A stretch of 64,000 nucleotides of DNA, taken from contig CBDCOH010000002.1 of the NCBI GenBank assembly GCA_965219685.1, positions 1,920,001 to 1,984,000 of the forward strand, written 5' to 3'. Both the position numbers and the translations under genes were made by a program. The notes beneath the pieces are model-generated. The model did not search any database. It was not told where the DNA came from and saw only the letters and a program-made list of their open reading frames with translations. This DNA is from Candidatus Spongiisociaceae bacterium. Lineage in GTDB: Bacteria; Actinomycetota; Acidimicrobiia; Spongiisociales; Spongiisociaceae. Below are positions 48,772-59,700 of this stretch, in pieces (the first letter of the stretch is position 1; each line of letters starts with the position of its first letter).

Positions 48772-49739
48772 ACCCGTCTCACCTCCACCGTTCCGAAGAG
48801 CCCGTGAGGACGCACGAACAGCACCAGCATCATCAAGAGGTATGGAACGATCCCGCTGAAGCCGGTGCCGAGGAGTGGATGGTCGAGGTAGCTCCCGGCG
48901 AGGGATTCGGCCACCCCCACGACCAGCCCTCCTATCACCGCTCCCTTGACGGAATCGAGCCCGCCGAGGATGATGGCCGGGAAGGCTCGCATGGCCAGAA
49001 GGGCTGTATCCGGGAAGACCCCCACCCGGCGTGGATACACCGATCCGAACACGCCCCCGACCGTGGCCAGCACAGCCCCGATCGCCCAGGCGATGGCGAA
49101 GATCCTGCCCACGTTGATGCCCTGGGCGCGGGCCGCCTCCTGATCGAAGGCCGTGGCGCGCATGGCTATGCCCGTACGGCTACGGAAGAAGAGGCCCACC
49201 AGTACCATCAACGCTATAGCCACCACGAACTGGGCGATCTCGGTCTCGGGGATGATCACGAACCCGAGGTCCACCCTCGCGTCGCCCCAGGGATCCGCCA
49301 TCGACCGGGGATCCGGTCCGATGAGGTCGGTCACGACCGTCAGCAGGATGATGTGCATACCCAGGGTGACGATGGCCAGCGAGAACAGTTCCTCCCCGAC
49401 CATGGGCCGAACGAAGACCCTCTCGAGGAGCATGCCGACCAGGGCCGACAGCACCAGTGCAACCAGCACGGAGACCGACCATCCCAGCAGCGGCGACCCC
49501 TGCATGTAGCGGCCGGGGAAGTTGAGGTCGACCGCCACCACGGCGGTGAAGAAGGCTCCCAGCGTCGCCATGGCCCCGTGCGCGAAGTTGACGACCTGAG
49601 TCGCTTTGAAGATGATGACGAAGCCCATCGCCAGCAAGGCGTAGATGGCGCCCAGTGAGAGGCCATTGACGATGGCGCCCAGGAGTTGGCTCGGCCCGGA
49701 CTGTGCCAGCAGTGAGAGCGCGAAGAGCGGTTCGTTCAT
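48768..49739 (-). CDS. Liv-type ABC permease (LivH-like)
   Basis: GAIYALLAMG, VNFAHG, GIAMRA, ILGGLDS, RPHGLFG. Confidence 0.93.
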   Translation of the reverse strand: MNEPLFALSLLAQSGPSQLLGAIVNGLSLGAIYALLAMGFVIIFKATQVVNFAHGAMATLGAFFTAVVAVDLNFPGRYMQGSPLLGWSVSVLVALVLSALVGMLLERVFVRPMVGEELFSLAIVTLGMHIILLTVVTDLIGPDPRSMADPWGDARVDLGFVIIPETEIAQFVVAIALMVLVGLFFRSRTGIAMRATAFDQEAARAQGINVGRIFAIAWAIGAVLATVGGVFGSVYPRRVGVFPDTALLAMRAFPAIILGGLDSVKGAVIGGLVVGVAESLAGSYLDHPLLGTGFSGIVPYLLMMLVLFVRPHGLFGTVEVRRV

Positions 49740-49913
49740 CCGGACCCCATCAGCACGGACCTGCGAGGCTGCGACCTGTCGACTTGTCGACCCTCTGTCC
49801 TGGACGGCGCGGAAACGAACACTGCGGGGTTCCCCGAGAGGCAAACCGGCGGGTCCCACCGCTGGGGACTGGTGAACGGACCCTCTTGCGCGAGCCTCTC
49901 CCGCCCCCTCCTA

Positions 49914-50188
49914 GTGTCCTGCTCCCTGTACTCGTGATAGCTACCGGAACGCACCGACTGCCCCACCGGACATCCCCGGGGCATCGAGAACGCGAAAATC
50001 CGCCCACCGGACCCCTCCGGTGGGCCCACCCCCAACCGCCACCACCGAAGGCTACGAACGCGTCCCGCCGTCCCCCGCAAAGGGTCGGCTTCCGCGGCAT
50101 GATCCCAGCGCCGGTCCGATCGGTACCGTATACGGTCCGGTGGTGCTTGCAGCTACTCATCAGTATGCAACGGGACTGTGACACGGAC
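49914..50188 (-). repeat. ~280 bp dispersed non-coding repeat, copy 2, inside the acyl-CoA ligase/liv operon
   Basis: Reverse-complement match to 173-451; begins TGTCAcag-8 nt-CATACT; internal perfect hairpin GCCCACCGGA-N4-TCCGGTGGGC. Confidence 0.9.
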
Positions 50189-50204
50189 AACCCCCACCGG
50201 CCAC

Positions 50205-52037
50205 CTAGTACATGCCATCGATCAGGTCCTTGAACATCTCCTCCATTACCGCCCTCTTCAGCTTTTGGGTGGCGGTCAACTCACCGTCCTCGTGATCCAA
50301 CTCCTTCGGGATCATCCGGAACCTCCGGATGTTCTCCACCCGGGCGAACTTGGCGTTCGTCCGGTCCACCTCCTCCTGTACCAGCGCTATGACCTCCGGC
50401 TTCTCACCCAGGTCCCGGTACGTCGTGTACGGGATGTTGCGCCGGGTGGCCCAGTCCCCCGCCGCGTCGAACTCGATCCCTATCAGAGCGGTCAGGTAGT
50501 TCCTGCGGTCGCCTATGACCATGGCCTCCTTGACATAGGGCGAAGTCTTGAGGCTGTTCTCGATCTCCGACGGAGAGATGTTCTTGCCCCCGGAAGTGAT
50601 GATTATGTCCTTCATCCGGTCGACGATCCGGATGTGGGTGCCGTCGACCCACTCCCCAACGTCGCCGGTGCGGAGCCAGCCGTCGGCGGTGAAGGCCTCC
50701 TCGGTCTGGGCGGGCCGGTTCCAGTAACCCCTGAAGACAGCCTGATGCCTGGTCTGGATCTCTCCCGTGTCCGGATCGATCCGTAACCCGATGCCCGGAT
50801 ACGGTTCACCCACCGTTCCCAGCTTCATACGTCCGGGGAGGTTGGTGGTCGCCACCGCCGAGTTCTCGGTCATGCCGTAGAGCTCGTACAGGTTGACGCC
50901 CAGCCCGTGGAAGAACTCGATCACCTCGGGAGCGATGGGCGCCGCCCCGGTACCCGCCCAGCGACATCGACGGAGCCCGATCCTCTCCCGCACCGCCCGG
51001 AACACCACCGGATACCCGATCGCGAACAGGAGGGCGCTGAGCATGGTGTGCCGGCCCCCATTGCGAGCCCTCTCCCGTCCGATGGTCATCGCCAATCCGA
51101 GGCCGAAAGAGGTGCAGACGCGCTTGAACCTGGTGGCGTTCCTGCCCCCGATCAGCACCGAGGCGTGGAGTTTCTCCCAGATGCGGGGAACTGCGAAGAA
51201 TAGGGTGGGTTGGACCTCCCGGAGGTTCTCGCCGACCGTGTCGATGGACTCCGCGAAGTTGAGGACGGTACCGATCCCTGCCGACGTCCAGGTCGAGAAT
51301 ATCCGCTCTGCCGCGTGGCACAGGGGAAGGTAGGTGAGTATCTGGTCCGAGGGGCCCGGCGGCACGCCGTCCGGCATTCTTTCCCCGCTCCGGACCAGGA
51401 CCTCGAGGCAGTACGCTACGTTGGCGTTGTCGAGCATCGCCCCCTTCGGAGGACCCGTCGTGCCGGACGTGTAGACGAGCGTCACCACATCGTCGGGGCG
51501 TGCCTGCGCCATCCGGTCCTCGACGGCGGTGGGATTGGACGCCCGGTGCCTGCGTCCGAACTCGAGCAGGTCGTCCCATAAGACGAACCTGGCGTCCTCC
51601 CGGTAGGCACGGAAACCTCTTGGCTCCACGTGGATGATGGTCCGCAGCCCCGGCAAGGCCTCCATCACCTCCAGCACCTTCTCGGCTTGTTCCTGGTCCT
51701 CGGCAAGATGGACGCAGGCTCCGGAATCCTCGAGCACGTACCGGACCTCCGCCGCAGGATTGGTGGGATAGAGTCCGACGGTCGTCCCTCGCAGCGCGAC
51801 CGTGGCCATGTCGAGTATCACCCACTCCGGGCGGTCCTCGGAATGTATCGACACCCGGTCGCCCACGTCGACGCCGAGTGACAACAGCCCGTGGGCGGCC
51901 AGGACGACCTGCTCCCAGTAGGTACCCCAGGTGATCTCCCGCCAAACCCCGTATCTCTTCTCGCGCATGGCAACCGAGTCCGGGCTGGTAACCGCACGCT
52001 CCCTCACGAGTGACGGCAGCGTCTCCAACAAGGACAC
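50205..52037 (-). CDS. Long-chain fatty acid-CoA ligase (AMP-binding)
   Basis: YTSGTTGPPKG, YLPLCH, YGMTE, GWLRTGD, DRMKD.IITSGGKN, TATQKLKR. Confidence 0.95.
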   Translation of the reverse strand: MSLLETLPSLVRERAVTSPDSVAMREKRYGVWREITWGTYWEQVVLAAHGLLSLGVDVGDRVSIHSEDRPEWVILDMATVALRGTTVGLYPTNPAAEVRYVLEDSGACVHLAEDQEQAEKVLEVMEALPGLRTIIHVEPRGFRAYREDARFVLWDDLLEFGRRHRASNPTAVEDRMAQARPDDVVTLVYTSGTTGPPKGAMLDNANVAYCLEVLVRSGERMPDGVPPGPSDQILTYLPLCHAAERIFSTWTSAGIGTVLNFAESIDTVGENLREVQPTLFFAVPRIWEKLHASVLIGGRNATRFKRVCTSFGLGLAMTIGRERARNGGRHTMLSALLFAIGYPVVFRAVRERIGLRRCRWAGTGAAPIAPEVIEFFHGLGVNLYELYGMTENSAVATTNLPGRMKLGTVGEPYPGIGLRIDPDTGEIQTRHQAVFRGYWNRPAQTEEAFTADGWLRTGDVGEWVDGTHIRIVDRMKDIIITSGGKNISPSEIENSLKTSPYVKEAMVIGDRRNYLTALIGIEFDAAGDWATRRNIPYTTYRDLGEKPEVIALVQEEVDRTNAKFARVENIRRFRMIPKELDHEDGELTATQKLKRAVMEEMFKDLIDGMY

Positions 52038-52237
52038 CGGTAGCGGAGATTGCGGTCTGTCGACAACCGCGGTCAGAGTCAGCCCCTCTCCAAAGCGGAC
52101 ACCCCAGAAAAACGATCACAGGCTACCAAATCCCGGTTGTCCCGTTTTGCCTGGCCTAGCAGTGTTTTTCCGATCTCTCGACAAGGAGACGCGAGGGTCG
52201 CCTGTTCCGCAGGCCTATCATCCGCAGCGGACCGCAC

Positions 52238-54019
52238 GTGCCGGCGTCCGCGCTTCGGCGCGGAAACCGGTTGGCAGGAGGTCAGGAAACGGCCCGGATC
52301 AACGACCACATTCGCTACGAACCGGACGACAGGTGCCCACCTCTCGTCTCGTTCGGTGTCGCCCTCCAGTCGGTAGTGCTGGTGCTGGCGCCGACCGTCG
52401 TCATCGTGGCGATCACGGTCCGCTCGGCCGGGCAGGACGACTCCTACCTCGAGTGGGCTGTGTTCGCCGCCCTTGTCATAGGTGGCCTTGCCACCGCCAT
52501 GCAGTCCGGTCGCGCCGGACGTATGGGCGCCGGGCATCTACTGATCACGTGTGCCACGCCCTCGTACATCGCCATCGTTCTGATCGCCCTGGAAGCAGGC
52601 GGTCCCAGCCTGCTGGCCACGCTCACCGTGGTCGCCGCCCTCTGCCAGATGGCCCTGGCCGTATGGCTGCCGTCCCTGCGCCGGATCGTCACACCGGTCG
52701 TCTCGGGGACGGTCCTGATGCTGATCGTGGTCGCGGTCCTTCCTCTGGCCTTCGACCGGTTCCAGGAGGTACCGGAGAGCGCCGGGCCGGTGGCGGGCCC
52801 CCTGGTAGCCATTGTCACGCTGATCGTCACCACAGCGATGGTGCTCTCCGCCAGGGGCGCTTGGAGGATCTGGACATCGCTCATCGGTATCGCGGCCGGC
52901 TGCGCGCTCTCGGCCGGGTTCGGGCTCTACGACTTGCAGCGGGTCGTCGACGCCCCCTGGTTCGGTGTTCCCGGCAGCCGCCTGCCCGGACTCGCGCTGG
53001 CGCCGGGTGCAGACTTCTGGGCTCTCCTCCCGGCCTTCGCGATCCTGAGCCTTGTGCTCGGCGTCAAGATCGTCGGCGACGGCGCCGTCATCCAACAGGT
53101 ATCGCACCGGCGGCCGGGAAGCACCGACTACCGGGTGATCCAGGGTGTCCTCAACACCAACGCGGTCGGCGTGCTGCTGGCGGGGGTTACCGGAACGCCT
53201 CCCACGACGGTCTATTCGGCGTCGAGCGCGGCGATAATCAACCTCACCGGTGTAGCGGCCCGAAGCGTCGGCTACGGGGTCGGGGCGGTCCTGTTGGCTC
53301 TTGCCTTCCTGCCGAAGATCACAGCCGTTCTGATCGCGGTTCCGAGTCCGGTCATGGGCGCCTACCTGCTGTTCCTGATGGGCCTTCTGTTCGTGGAGGG
53401 CATGAGGACCGTCGTTCAAGATGGCCTCGACCAGCGTAAGACCATGGTGGTGGCCCTCTCCTTCTCGGTCGGTGTCGGAGTGGAGTACCACGGTTTCTTC
53501 GCTCACGTCTTCGGCGGAACGTGGGCCGCCTCGCTCGATACGGGCATGACGGTCGGAGCAGTCGTAGCGGTGCTGATGACGTTCGCGATAGAGGTACTCG
53601 GGAAGCGGCCGCTCAGGCTGCAGGGACCGCTGGCGACCGAGTCACTGCCCGGGATCTACCGGATGCTCCGCGACCTCGCCTCCCGCCGAGGTTGGGACGA
53701 GGCGGCAACCGACCGGTTGTGCTCGGCCGGGGAAGAGACCCTCCTGAGCCTGCTGCAGCCCGGCAACCGTTACGAATCGGACACCACGCCGCGGCTGACG
53801 GTCAACGCGCGGGGCTCGGCGACGTCGGCGGAGATGGAGTTCCTTGCCGTCTTCGTGGAGGAGAACCTGGAAGACCACCTGGCCTACCTCGACGAGCAGA
53901 CCGACGTCTTCGACGACCGCGAGATGTCCTTCCGCCTGTTACGACACTATGCCTCCTCGGTCCGCCATCAGAAGTTCTACGGGATGGATGTAGTCACGGT
54001 ACGGGTCGACAGGGCGTAG
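52238..54019 (+). CDS. supE: NCS2 xanthine/uracil-family permease with extra C-terminal soluble domain (SupE-like)
   Basis: YEPDDR.P, many TM helices, GTPPTTVYS..S....LTGVAAR, PSPVMG; adjacent to ACP/PPTase/PKS; start uncertain. Confidence 0.75.
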   Translation: MPASALRRGNRLAGGQETARINDHIRYEPDDRCPPLVSFGVALQSVVLVLAPTVVIVAITVRSAGQDDSYLEWAVFAALVIGGLATAMQSGRAGRMGAGHLLITCATPSYIAIVLIALEAGGPSLLATLTVVAALCQMALAVWLPSLRRIVTPVVSGTVLMLIVVAVLPLAFDRFQEVPESAGPVAGPLVAIVTLIVTTAMVLSARGAWRIWTSLIGIAAGCALSAGFGLYDLQRVVDAPWFGVPGSRLPGLALAPGADFWALLPAFAILSLVLGVKIVGDGAVIQQVSHRRPGSTDYRVIQGVLNTNAVGVLLAGVTGTPPTTVYSASSAAIINLTGVAARSVGYGVGAVLLALAFLPKITAVLIAVPSPVMGAYLLFLMGLLFVEGMRTVVQDGLDQRKTMVVALSFSVGVGVEYHGFFAHVFGGTWAASLDTGMTVGAVVAVLMTFAIEVLGKRPLRLQGPLATESLPGIYRMLRDLASRRGWDEAATDRLCSAGEETLLSLLQPGNRYESDTTPRLTVNARGSATSAEMEFLAVFVEENLEDHLAYLDEQTDVFDDREMSFRLLRHYASSVRHQKFYGMDVVTVRVDRA

Positions 54020-54237
54020 ATCGACGGCTCACTGGTCACCAGCGGAGCGCGTCGAGTCGGCAAACCCTCGCAACCGCGGTCCACTGAGCGAGTCGCACCC
54101 GGGGCGTCTTTGCTCCGGGGGCCGGGTCATCGCCCCTACCCGGCGCCACCGGCCGCCCTACTTCGGTTGACTTGTATACGTGATACGGCTACGGTCAGCG
54201 CGTCTTACAGCAGTCCGAGTAGAAAGGCGCATCGTCA

Positions 54238-54483
54238 ATGGCCTCCACCGCAGAACGACTCACCAGCCTGGTCAACGACAACATCGAAGTGGATGGGCAA
54301 GCCCTTGACGTTCCCGATGACCTGAACATCAGCCTTGTCGACTCCGGGGTACCCTCGCTGGACATCGTGGCTTTCGCGAAGCTTGTCACCCAAGAGTTCA
54401 ATGTCGAATTCACCGTCGACGACTGCGTCGCCCTCAACAGCCTCAGCGAAGTCGTAGACTTTCTCGACAGCAAGGCCGGCTGA
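54238..54483 (+). CDS. supB: Stand-alone acyl carrier protein (SupB-like)
   Basis: 81 aa acidic protein, DSGVPSLD phosphopantetheine site; RBS GAAAGG. Confidence 0.85.
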   Translation: MASTAERLTSLVNDNIEVDGQALDVPDDLNISLVDSGVPSLDIVAFAKLVTQEFNVEFTVDDCVALNSLSEVVDFLDSKAG

Positions 54484-54738
54484 GCGCGCGGAGCGACAGA
54501 TCCCAGAACTCCTTAGCTGGACAAGTCGTTTCCAAGCCATCCGACCGAAGGCTCACACGTAAGCCTCGGTTGACAACGACGCAAAACACCGTTGTGGCTC
54601 GGAGACGTTCTGTCGCCCCTGCCGTGGATCCGCCGGGTTTCTGTTAGCGAGACCGCCCCTCCGATCAACCGGAGCCTCGCGCATCGCCTCCCCCGAGAAC
54701 CGAAAGAACCCGATCCACCGCTAGCCACCGATCGCTAA

Positions 54739-55674
54739 CTAGCAACTAGCAACTCCTAGCGACGTGACGAAGTCGCGCACTATGTCGGCACATACCTGCG
54801 GCTTCTCAAGCGGAAGAAAATGCGTAGCATCCGGTAGGAAGTCGTAGTCCACACTCAACATGTCGCTTAGGTCAAGGGTAGGAAGGTAAGAGTACGGTAA
54901 CGTAGGGTCCGCGCCTATTACCTTTGTCGGACAAACGAGCTCTTCGAAGTCCACAAGGACTGCGAAGGAGCTGGCATAGTCGATGATTATGGCTTCATAG
55001 TCTCGAGGGCACCGAAGCTCGAAGGCTTCCCCCTCCTTCTTTAGCGTCGTCATAGCCATGAGATCTAGAGCCCCTGGTACTACATAGCGGAATATGGGAG
55101 AGAATCCGAGTAGTTCAACGAATTGTTCCGTGGATTGGAACCGATCAGTCCGTCGTCTAGTTATGGCAGAAGTCCTCGTAGCTGCTATGTCAAACTCTTC
55201 GTAGCTACGACCCGGTTTGCAGAGTGGAGGATCGAACAGAATCCGGGCTGCGAACCCGCTCCCTCTGGTAGGAGACAGGAGGCTTACGAGGGCAGACACC
55301 GAGTGGAAAATTCCCACCTTTGGCTTCGGTCCATGTATCTCATCGATAGCCTCCATTACACGATCATGATCCTTCACAAGGGTAGGAACATTGTGTTTCG
55401 CGATCGGACCCACTTCGTTCCAGCCATGGTTCCTCAAGTCATACACAATGATGTCAAAGTCGCCGCAGAGGATGGACCAGAATGGGTAGTAGAGATCAAT
55501 AGCCAAGCCATTGCCATGACACAGCACGAGACGAGGGCCGTCCGGGTTCCCATGCCGGCGCACCACGATAGACGTGTCGCCATCGACCGCGACGTTCCGA
55601 ACCGAAACAGGGTCCGGGAGTTCCCACACTGGATCCGACAGATTACTCAACTCGACGGTCTCCGACCTGTTCAT
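54739..55674 (-). CDS. supD: Alpha/beta hydrolase (SupD-like)
   Basis: HGNG, YDLRNHG, FHSVS nucleophile elbow, THFLPLE; visibly lower GC than neighbours. Confidence 0.82.
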   Translation of the reverse strand: MNRSETVELSNLSDPVWELPDPVSVRNVAVDGDTSIVVRRHGNPDGPRLVLCHGNGLAIDLYYPFWSILCGDFDIIVYDLRNHGWNEVGPIAKHNVPTLVKDHDRVMEAIDEIHGPKPKVGIFHSVSALVSLLSPTRGSGFAARILFDPPLCKPGRSYEEFDIAATRTSAITRRRTDRFQSTEQFVELLGFSPIFRYVVPGALDLMAMTTLKKEGEAFELRCPRDYEAIIIDYASSFAVLVDFEELVCPTKVIGADPTLPYSYLPTLDLSDMLSVDYDFLPDATHFLPLEKPQVCADIVRDFVTSLGVASC

Positions 55675-55765
55675 CCGAAAGAGGGACAGCCAACCGACAG
55701 GAGGCCATGTTGCAGCCAAGGCTCAGGCTGATCCTTCGTGGCATGGAGCGCACCTCCCGTATCAT

Positions 55766-56485
55766 TCAGCTACGTCCATCTGGTGACATCTCGAAAGCGA
55801 GCGCAGCTGCAAACGACTCGTTTCCGATATCCTCGAGCTGCCACCAACTCCTGTCTGGCTCCGGAGAGCGGAACTCGCCCCGCCTCGCTCCCCGGCGCAT
55901 GGCCACCGGTACCTGGAGTCGGGACACATCAAGAGCATGGCCGGTCCCGATTCCCTTGATGATCGCCTCTTTGATCGTCCAGAACCGGAAGAACTCGTCG
56001 AGGCGCCGGTCGGCCGCCAGCAACGCCAGGGCGGCTCGCTCCTCCGGGCCGAGCACCGTGCGGGCCAATCCGTCGAAATAGCGGCGCGGGACACGCTCCT
56101 CCACGTCGACACCGACCCGTCCCCCGGCCGCCAGTGCTATCAACCCGTGCTCGCCACCATGGCTGACATTGAAACTCACCGGGGCCGGCCGGTCGCGCAC
56201 GAGGGCGAACGGCTTCCCACGATCCGACGCGGCGAAGGTGATCTCATCCCCTCCGCACCCGAGTCGGGCGGCGAGGATGGCGCGGAGCGCAGCCCTGCAC
56301 AACCCGAACCGCCTGCGCGGCCCCGCGTACCGGTAGCCTTCCCAACGCAGTTTCTCAGCGCTGTCCAGCCACACCAGCGCCTCCTGCTCTCGCGACGCGT
56401 CAGCTCCGAGCTCTACGTGCACGACGAGAATGTGCCCATATCGTCCGTACGGCGCCCACCAAGGATCGGCGACCGCGGACGGCAT
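55766..56485 (-). CDS. supC: Sfp-type 4'-phosphopantetheinyl transferase (SupC-like)
   Basis: GKP, FNVSH, VGVDVE, WTIKEA.IKG.G. Confidence 0.92.
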   Translation of the reverse strand: MPSAVADPWWAPYGRYGHILVVHVELGADASREQEALVWLDSAEKLRWEGYRYAGPRRRFGLCRAALRAILAARLGCGGDEITFAASDRGKPFALVRDRPAPVSFNVSHGGEHGLIALAAGGRVGVDVEERVPRRYFDGLARTVLGPEERAALALLAADRRLDEFFRFWTIKEAIIKGIGTGHALDVSRLQVPVAMRRGARRGEFRSPEPDRSWWQLEDIGNESFAAALAFEMSPDGRS

Positions 56486-56788
56486 GGCGTCCAGGGAGTG
56501 GCTGATCTGGATACCTCTCGCTGCGTGTGATGAAGGTTAGATCACCACACTCTCTATACGACCTCCAGTATGACAGCGGAACTCGAACGAACGCGAAACG
56601 TCGTCTTGAACCTATCCGAACAGGATTGCCGAACCGCACCCTCCTGTAGCGGGACTCCATGGCACCCGGGGAGCGCTGTACCGGCGCCTAGGCCGCTGGG
56701 AGAGAGGCGATTCGGCAATCTAGTATCCAGGCTAAGTGGGGGCTGTGTTCGCTCGCATTGAGCACGTAACGGAATAGGAGTACAGCAA

Positions 56789-59700
56789 GTGACCCGGCCA
56801 GACGGCGGCGAGTCCCTCCCGGTGACCGGACGAGGGATGGCCACAGCAGCCCGATCCGAGCAACCCGTCGCGATCGTGGGTATGGCGTGCCGGTTCCCCG
56901 GCGCGGCGAACATCCCTGCCTTCTGGCGCAGGCTGGAGGAAGGCGCGAATTCGGTGGTCGAGGGAGATCCCGGTTCCGGCCGGGGGCGGGTCGGCGACCT
57001 GTTTCCCGATACCTCGGTCCGGAGCGAGGCCTGCCGCTTCGGGGCCTACCTGGACGACCTGACCCGGTTCGACGCCTCCTTCTTTCGCATCTCACCGGTG
57101 GAGGCACAGCTACTCGATCCCCAGCAGCGCCTAATGCTGGAGACGAGCTGGCGGGCCCTCGAGGACGCCGGCATCGACCCGGCCGGGCTCAGGGGGAGCC
57201 GGACCGGGGTTTACGCGGGCATCAGCAACTACGACTACCGGGGTCTGATCCTGGGCGTGGCCGGTGCGGCCGAGCCGGCCCCCAGCCTCTACACCGTCAC
57301 CGGCACCTCCTTCAACACCGCGATCGGCCGGGTCGCCTATGCACTGGGGCTGCAGGGACCGGCCATCGCGATGGACACGGCCTGCTCGTCGTCGCTGGTG
57401 GCGGTCCACCAGGCGGTGACCGCGCTGCAGCGGGACGAGGCGGATCTGGCCCTGGCGGGCGGGGTCCACACAGTCCTGTCCGGACGCCTGCTGGAACTGC
57501 GCGCCAACGCCGGGATGCTGGCGCCCGACGGCCGGTGCAAGACCTTCGACGCGGCCGCCAACGGCTACGTGAGGGGGGAGGGATGCGGGATCCTGATCCT
57601 CAAGCGGCTCGGGGACGCCCAAGCCGACGCCGACCGCATCTGGGCGGTGATCCGGGGGGCGGCGCTGAACCAGGACGGCGCCAGCCAGGGACTGACCGTA
57701 CCGAACGGAACGGCTCAGGAACTCGTCATCGCGGACGCACTGCGCCGGGCGGGGCTCCGCCCGTCCGAGGTCGACTACGTGGAGGCGCACGGAACCGGGA
57801 CATCCGTCGGAGACCCGATCGAGGCGCGGGCCACCGGATCCGCGTACGCGAAGGGGCGGGCCGAGGACCGTCCGTTGCTGATCGGTTCGGTGAAGACGAA
57901 CATCGGGCATCTGGAACCGGCCGCCGGGGTGGCCGGCATTATTAAGACGGTCCTGGCGATGAGCCAGGGCGTGATCCCCAAACACCTGAACTTCCGGACT
58001 CCGAACCCGGAGATCCCCTGGGGGAGGCTCCCGCTCCGGGTTACCTCCGAGGCCACCCCCTGGCCGTACGTTCCTGACCGGCCACCCCTGGCAGGCGTCA
58101 GCGGCTTCGGTTGGTCGGGCACCAACGCCCACGTGCTGCTGGAGGGATACGGGACGGCGGACCGGATGGCGGCCGCGCCTGCGAACGGGCGATGGCCTCG
58201 GGGTTCCGCTCGATCGGTCCATGTCCGCCTCCCCGAAGGGGTCACCGAACGGGCGCCCCAGGACCGACCCACCCGCCGTTCAACCCGCGTACTGCCGCTC
58301 TCGGGACGAACATCGCAGGCTCTGCGGGACCTGGCAGGACGCTACGTGGCATGGCTCGACGATCACCCGGAGGCGCTCGGGTCCGGGAATACGGCCGCGG
58401 ACCGCTTCCTTTCCGACATGACATGGAGCGCAAGCGTGGGACGTAGCCACTTCTCCCGGCGGGCCGGGATCACCTTCGGGGACGCGGCTTCCCTCCGCGA
58501 GAAGCTGGCCGCTCTGGCAGCGACCGCGGGGGAGGTATCACCGCCGACGACTACCAGGGTTGCCTTCGCCTACACGGGCCAGGCCAGCCAGTGGGTGGGA
58601 ATGGGCGAGGCGCTGTACGAGAGCGAGCCGGTGGTCCGCGCCGTCCTCGACCGCTGCGACGACGTGATGCGCGAGCACCGGGACATCTCGCTGCTCGACG
58701 TCATGTTCGGCCGCGCCGGACACGGCGACCTTCTCGACGAGGCAGCCTGGACGCAGCCCGCCATCTACGCGCTGGAATGCGCCCTCACCGCGCTGTGGGC
58801 GAGCGTCGGCATCGAGCCGGAGGTGGTGGTCGGGCACAGCCTGGGGGAGATCGCCGCCGCGCAGGCGGCCGGCGTGTACACGCTCGAGGACGGGCTCCTG
58901 TTCGCCGCGGCACGTGGAGAGTTGATGGGGGCGCTCCCCGGCAGAGGGGCGATGGCGGCCGTCTTCGCCCCGGCGGACCGGGTGAGAGCGGCCGTGGCGC
59001 GGCAGAACGCGGCATCGGGAAGCAACCCGGGCGTGAGCATCGCGGCCGACAACGGCGCCCAGCAGGTGGTGAGCGGCCCGGAGAAGGATGTGGAAGCGAT
59101 AGTCGATCGCTTCGAGTCGGAGGGCGTTTGGGCGAGGAAGCTGAGGAAGAGCCCCGCCTACCACAGCGCACTGGTGGAACCGGCTCTCGATGATCTGGAA
59201 AGGGTCCTGGCATCGGTGGAGACCGCCGCAGCCTCGTGCTCCCTGGTGAGCAGCATGACCGGCCGGGTCATGGAGGCCGACGGGAAGCTCGACGGCGGCT
59301 ACTGGAGGCAGCAGGCCCGGCGACCGGTGGCCTTCCGTGACTGTATAGGGACCCTCGCCGACCTTGAAGTGGACGTGGTGATCGAGATCGGCCCCCGGTC
59401 GGTCCTGGGGCCGATGGTGCTAATGGGATGGCCGGACACGTCGGGCCGGAGCCCCACCGTCCTGTCGAGCCTGAGCGGACCCCCGGATCCGTCCGACCAG
59501 GACGAGGGCACCGGCTTCGAGGAAGCGGTGGCAGGCGCTTACCAGGCCGGCCTCGCCATGACCTTCGAAGGGCTCTACGCGGGAGAGGAACGCCGCCGGG
59601 TGCCGGTCCCCGGCTACCCGTTCCAGCGCGAGCGCTACTGGGTGGAGGGGCGCAGGCGGCGCCGGAGGGATGGCGGGCATCCCCTGCTGGGCGTCCACCA

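Noticed and set aside
54575-54590. GACGCAAAAC resembling a c-di-GMP-I riboswitch core
   Set aside because: No upstream GGCAAA/GNRA stem, and the site lies between convergent genes
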